The position numbers were made by a program, and so were the translations under genes. A DNA stretch of 40,740 nucleotides from contig JACMMM010000675.1 in NCBI GenBank assembly GCA_014379065.1, forward strand, positions 1 through 40,740, written 5' to 3'. The DNA is from Saprospiraceae bacterium (GTDB lineage Bacteria; Bacteroidota; Bacteroidia; Chitinophagales; Saprospiraceae). Shown here piece by piece: positions 36,500 through 40,740 of this stretch. The notes beneath the pieces are model-generated. The model was not told where the DNA came from, ran no database searches, and worked only from the letters and a program-made list of their open reading frames with translations. Position 1 is the stretch's first letter. Every line of letters begins with the position of its first letter.

Positions 36500-36543
36500 C
36501 TCAAATAACCAAATCCCCAAATAATCAAATCCCCAATCATCCC
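36500..36543. repeat. 8-mer tandem repeats (CAAATAAC/CAAATCCC) downstream of bamA
   Basis: Seen directly; the same units occur at 39170-39243. Confidence 0.7.
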
Positions 36544-39104
36544 TAATCCGGCTCAAAGCCAAGGATAATGCTGAATCGCGCGTAATCCGAGATTTTCTTA
36601 CTCGGGTAGAATTCTGGTTTGTCTATACCGATACCATAGTCAAAGCCAAGCGTACCGAACATCGGAAGGAACACACGCAAGCCCATGCCCACTGAACGTT
36701 TGATATCGAAGGGATTGAAATCCCGTGCGCGGCCCCAGGCATTGCCACCTTGTGCAAATGCCGTGACAAAAATCGTGCTTTGTGGGTTGAGTGAGATGGG
36801 GTATCGGAGTTCCACCGTATATTTATTGAATACACCCGCACCGCCAGGGTAGCGTGACATGATGTCGCTCGTATTGTAACCGCGCAAGCTGATGATGTCG
36901 CGTGCGTTGAGACCAAAGTTCTGGTTGTTCAGGCCGTCTCCACCCAGTTCGAAGCGTTCGAAGGGACTGAGGCTGGTCTTGTCGCTCCACCTTCCGAGTA
37001 AGCCGATTTTGGCTTGGGTTTTCAACACAAGTTTGCCCACCAAGGTGGTGTACCATTCTGCATCAACACGCCATTTGATGTATTCCACAAATTCATAGAG
37101 GTCGCCGACGGGTGCTGTGTTGTAGAAATTTTGGCTGTTGAACCACGAGTACGGCGGTGTGGCGTTCATTTTCAACGAAATGAGCGAGCCTTGCTTGGGG
37201 AAAATAGGGTCGTTGATGCTGTTGCGGGCGAGCGTGAGGCCGAGGCTGTAGTTGTGGAAAATACCGTCGGACACGGTGCGGCCTTCATCGTCGCGGAATG
37301 CAAAAGAAAGTGCGTTGCTCAGTTTTAAGGTTTGAATATCGGCATCCGCGCGGAACACAAAGTTGTCGTCAGGCCATTTCAAACGGGTGCCAAAACCCAC
37401 CGTCCCTTGCAGGATTTCAAGTTTCTGGAAACTTTCCGAACCGGAGAAGCCCGATGCAAAACGGTTGTAAAAACCCGCCACCGTAAGCGAATTGGGTTTT
37501 TTTCCGCCCATCCAAGGCTCCGTGAATGAGATATTGTAGGATTGGTAGCGGTCGCCAGCCGTCTGGCCGCGCAGGCTGAAACGTTGCCCATCGCCTTGCG
37601 GGAGCGGGTTCCAGGCCTCCCGGTTTTTGATGTTGCGGATGGAAAAGTTGTTGAATGTAACACCCAATGTACCGATCACACCACCCTTGCTGAATGCTGT
37701 TGCAGGTTGGTAGCCCGCCGAAAGTTCGAGCTGGTCTGAGGGTTTTTCTTCCACCGTATATTCAATGTCCACCGTGCCGCGGTCGGGGTTCACAGGGGTA
37801 TTTATGCCGAGGGCTTCTGGGTTGAAATAGCCGAGGTTGACAATTTCACGCTGTGAGCGGATAATGTCGGCCCGGCTGAATTTATCGCCGGGTCGAGTGA
37901 ATAGCTCGCGGCGGATGATGTGTTCGTGGGTGCGGTCATTACCTTTGATGACTACCCGATCAATGGTTGCCTGCGGGCCTTCGTAGATGCGCAATTCGAG
38001 ATCAATCGAGTCGTTTTCGATGGCTGTTTCCACGGGGTCAACCCGGAAAAACAAGTATCCGTTGTCGAGGTAGAGTGACGAAATGTCGCGCCCGTCTTGG
38101 CTGAACGAGAGCCTCGTATCTAAAAGGTCTTGGTTGAAAACGTCGCCTTTTTTGATGCCCAGCACCTGATCCAGGTATTTGGTCTCGTAGAGCGTGTTTC
38201 CTTTCCAGCGGATATTGCGGAAGTAATAGCGATGGCCTTCTTCGATGTCCATGTGGATCATGATTTGGCCTTTTTTTGTGCGCCAGATGCTGTCTTTCGC
38301 CACCCTTGCGTCGCGGAAGCCGAGGTTGTTGTAGTAGGATTCTATCTTGCGCTTGTCTTCCTCGTAAAGCTCGCGCACCAGTTTTGATTTTTTGAAAAGT
38401 TTGCGCTTCGTGTGGGTTTCCTTCATTTTTTTGCGCAACACCCGCGATTTCACGTGATCGTTGCCAGAAAAACGAATATCCTTGATTTTGACCTTTTTGC
38501 CGGGCGTTATTGTAAACTCCAATTTGGTGGCATTGGTGGCGCGTTCGTCTGGGGATGAATTGATTTTCACGCGAGCATTCAGGTAGCCTTTCTCCACATA
38601 ATATTCTTCCAACTCGTGTACCAGCGTAGCTTTGACATTGTCGGTCAGGATGGCGCCTTTTTGAAGGAATTTGTTGATGATGGCGTTCAGGTCGTCGTGC
38701 TTACTTTTTTTCACCCCCACAAAGGAGTGGCGCGTGTAGCGTGGCAGTTCCTTCACCGCAATCTCCAGGAAAATTTTATCACCCACCGTACGCTCTTGGT
38801 TGATGCGCACATCGGTGAAAAGTTTGAGGTTCCAGAGTATGCGTACAGCATTGCTAAAATCTGTTCCGGGCACCCGCACCTTGTTGCCCACGCGCAGGCC
38901 GGAGAGCGAAATGAGCGTGTTCGCGTCTGCATATTGTATGCCTGTGACGCGCACACCGCCGATCTCGTACTCTTTTTGCTGCGAGTAGTCGAGCGAAGGC
39001 AATAGGGTGTCGGGCGTTTGGGCCGAGAGAGAAAGCGGGATCGCTACAGCCATTATAGACAAGATGCCGAGCGCGAGGGGTTTTATTTTTTGCAAAAAAG
39101 TCAT
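36543..39104 (-). CDS. bamA: Outer membrane protein assembly factor BamA
   Basis: POTRA repeats (I-x-F-x-GN, GNDRT-x-x-x-IIRRE), ISLRGY lid-lock motif, PMFG-x-LGFDYG; start MTFLQK. Confidence 0.95.
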   Translation of the reverse strand: MTFLQKIKPLALGILSIMAVAIPLSLSAQTPDTLLPSLDYSQQKEYEIGGVRVTGIQYADANTLISLSGLRVGNKVRVPGTDFSNAVRILWNLKLFTDVRINQERTVGDKIFLEIAVKELPRYTRHSFVGVKKSKHDDLNAIINKFLQKGAILTDNVKATLVHELEEYYVEKGYLNARVKINSSPDERATNATKLEFTITPGKKVKIKDIRFSGNDHVKSRVLRKKMKETHTKRKLFKKSKLVRELYEEDKRKIESYYNNLGFRDARVAKDSIWRTKKGQIMIHMDIEEGHRYYFRNIRWKGNTLYETKYLDQVLGIKKGDVFNQDLLDTRLSFSQDGRDISSLYLDNGYLFFRVDPVETAIENDSIDLELRIYEGPQATIDRVVIKGNDRTHEHIIRRELFTRPGDKFSRADIIRSQREIVNLGYFNPEALGINTPVNPDRGTVDIEYTVEEKPSDQLELSAGYQPATAFSKGGVIGTLGVTFNNFSIRNIKNREAWNPLPQGDGQRFSLRGQTAGDRYQSYNISFTEPWMGGKKPNSLTVAGFYNRFASGFSGSESFQKLEILQGTVGFGTRLKWPDDNFVFRADADIQTLKLSNALSFAFRDDEGRTVSDGIFHNYSLGLTLARNSINDPIFPKQGSLISLKMNATPPYSWFNSQNFYNTAPVGDLYEFVEYIKWRVDAEWYTTLVGKLVLKTQAKIGLLGRWSDKTSLSPFERFELGGDGLNNQNFGLNARDIISLRGYNTSDIMSRYPGGAGVFNKYTVELRYPISLNPQSTIFVTAFAQGGNAWGRARDFNPFDIKRSVGMGLRVFLPMFGTLGFDYGIGIDKPEFYPSKKISDYARFSIILGFEPD

Positions 39105-39169
39105 GGTCAAAATTGTATAGGGCAAGGTGGTTTGCACCTGAAAATCAATATGGTTGTGTATTTGTTTAT

Positions 39170-39243
39170 GGGGGGATTTGGGGATTTGTTGGCTCCGCTC
39201 ATGGTATTCGTGTTTAACCAAATAACCAAATCCTCAAATAACC
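39170..39243. repeat. Inverted 8-mer repeat element between surA and bamA
   Basis: GGGGATTT/GATTTGTT arm, central GGCTCCGCTC, then CAAATAAC/CAAATCCT arm. Confidence 0.65.
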
Positions 39244-39248
39244 AGTTC

Positions 39249-40619
39249 TTATTGTCTTCGCGCTGCCGATATCCCGATCATTTCCTGCAGGTTGGGGCAG
39301 GTCGAGAACAAGTCGCTTATGCTTAGATAGGTAGTGTTCAGTTTTTCAAGCACCCACTTTTCGATGTATTCTCCTTTTTTTTGTTCGAGCGCGGCGACCT
39401 GGATTTTGCCGTAGTCAAGTTTCAAATCGGCTTTGTGTGGCTTCGAGCGGCTCACCAATTGCACGATGCGGAATTGGTCGCTGCCGTCCTGGCTTTTGAA
39501 CCTGAATGGCTCGGCTATATCGCCCTCTTTGAGGCCATCAACGGCGAAAAAAACGCTCGTTTCCAGGTCGGCCACTTCAAAATATGAATTGCCTGTGCGC
39601 GGGTTTGCCACGCGGCCATCATTGTTGAAGCTCTGTTGGTTTTTGTCACCGTATTTCTTTACGGCATCGGTAAAAGAGAGTTTGCCATCCCGGATGAGTT
39701 GGCGCACCGTGTCGAGTTTTGCCTTGGCCAGGTCCAAGTCGGCTTCTGTTATTTCTGGTTTGATAAGAATGTGCCGACAATGTATAAGGTTGCCCCGGCG
39801 CTCCAAAAGTTGGATGATGTGGAAGCCAAATTCCGTTTCAATTACTGGGCTTAACTGGTTGGGTTCCAATTTATAAGCCATCGCTTCAAACTCCGAAACA
39901 AAGGTGCCGCGCTTCTGAAAACCCAGGTCCCCGCCCTGCGCTCCAGAGCCTGCGTCGTCGCTGAATTTTTTGGCCAACTCTGCAAAATCCTCCCCTTTCT
40001 CAGAGATGCGCTTGTGCAAATCGTCAATGCGTTGTCGTGCCTTGGCGCGTTCTTCTGCGTTCACCTTGGGCTTGTACACGATTTCACGAATCTCCACCTC
40101 AGCATTGAAATAGGGCAATGAGTCTTTGGGGATATTGCTAAAAAAACGCTGCACTTCCAAAGGCGTAATCGTTGCTTTCTCTGTCACTTTTCCCTGCATG
40201 CGCTCCGCGAGGAGTTGGCTGCGCATGTCAGAATTGAGCTGCATTTTCATTTGGTCCACACTTTGGCCATAGAATTCTTCGATGGCTTTGTCGTCCTGGT
40301 TAAAATAGGCACGGAGACGTTCAATGCGTGCATCAATTTGCGCCTCTACCTCCTCGTCCTTCACTTCCACAGAGACTAGTTTGGCCTGGTTCACGAGCAG
40401 TTTTTGCACGATGAGGATTTGAAGTACCACGCATTGGTATTCTTCTGGCAAATCAGGCTTGTCTTTTTTTACAAAACCGTATTGCTCCTGTACCTCGCTC
40501 AACAAGATGATCTCGCCGCCCACAGTAGCCACAACCCGGTCAATCACTGCCCTGTCATTTTGGGCAAACAGCCCCAGCGGGAGCAGAAAAATTGGAATGA
40601 ATCGAATGATATTTTTCAT
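39249..40619 (-). CDS. surA: SurA-like periplasmic chaperone / parvulin PPIase
   Basis: IDRVVATVG...ILLSEV SurA N-domain; FAELAKKFSDD...GGDLG and FGFHIIQL rotamase motifs. Confidence 0.9.
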   Translation of the reverse strand: MKNIIRFIPIFLLPLGLFAQNDRAVIDRVVATVGGEIILLSEVQEQYGFVKKDKPDLPEEYQCVVLQILIVQKLLVNQAKLVSVEVKDEEVEAQIDARIERLRAYFNQDDKAIEEFYGQSVDQMKMQLNSDMRSQLLAERMQGKVTEKATITPLEVQRFFSNIPKDSLPYFNAEVEIREIVYKPKVNAEERAKARQRIDDLHKRISEKGEDFAELAKKFSDDAGSGAQGGDLGFQKRGTFVSEFEAMAYKLEPNQLSPVIETEFGFHIIQLLERRGNLIHCRHILIKPEITEADLDLAKAKLDTVRQLIRDGKLSFTDAVKKYGDKNQQSFNNDGRVANPRTGNSYFEVADLETSVFFAVDGLKEGDIAEPFRFKSQDGSDQFRIVQLVSRSKPHKADLKLDYGKIQVAALEQKKGEYIEKWVLEKLNTTYLSISDLFSTCPNLQEMIGISAARRQ

Positions 40620-40640
40620 TGAAAATCAAGTGCGTAGGAT

Positions 40641-40740
40641 GGTTGAGAGTTTAGGGTTTAAAGTTTAGGGTTGAGAATTTAGGGTTTAGGGTTGAGAATG
40701 TTGAGCCGCTCGACCCTAAACCCTAAACTCTCAACCCTAA
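40641..40740. repeat. Inverted heptamer repeat element (TTTAGGG/TTGAGAG ... CCCTAAA/CTCTCAA), cut by the window end
   Basis: About 9 heptamers, central GAGCCGCTCG, then the complementary heptamers. Confidence 0.85.

Noticed and set aside
40641..40740. Plant telomere (TTTAGGG) contamination
   Set aside because: The units are degenerate, mixed with TTGAGAG, inverted around a core, and contiguous with the surA upstream region.

Overview
This 40.7-kb window is from a Bacteroidota genome, probably Saprospiraceae-like, judged from TAnnTTTG promoters, T9SS C-terminal domains, a mitochondrial-type aconitase and the BamA C-terminus. From left to right: (1) a cluster of small stress-type genes (YtxH, Thivi_2564-like, lmo0937-like, eRF1-like), a GH73 enzyme and an AraC regulator. 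Four promoters share a 21-bp-period operator, and one appears to drive an unannotated ~85-nt RNA. (2) A nucleotidyltransferase and a mosaic TPR protein. (3) A lone HUH Y1 (IS200-like/RAYT-type) transposase inside an array of nested palindromes with a 178-bp period and variable 20-21-nt spacers. (4) Aconitase. (5) A plasticity zone with an ECF-sigma/membrane-protein fusion and an AT-rich cassette (degenerate TIR-TPR-TM, secreted FGE-sulfatase-domain protein, OmpA-like coiled-coil protein) bracketed by a 164-bp diverged direct repeat. (6) An ABC permease-M1 peptidase fusion and its ATPase, two T9SS cargos, a DUF5916 OMP, a GT4, an Rpn nuclease, SPFH, an M1 peptidase, a TonB-dependent receptor, bamA and surA. 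I found no rRNA, tRNA or CRISPR. All calls come from reading the sequence; no searches were run.
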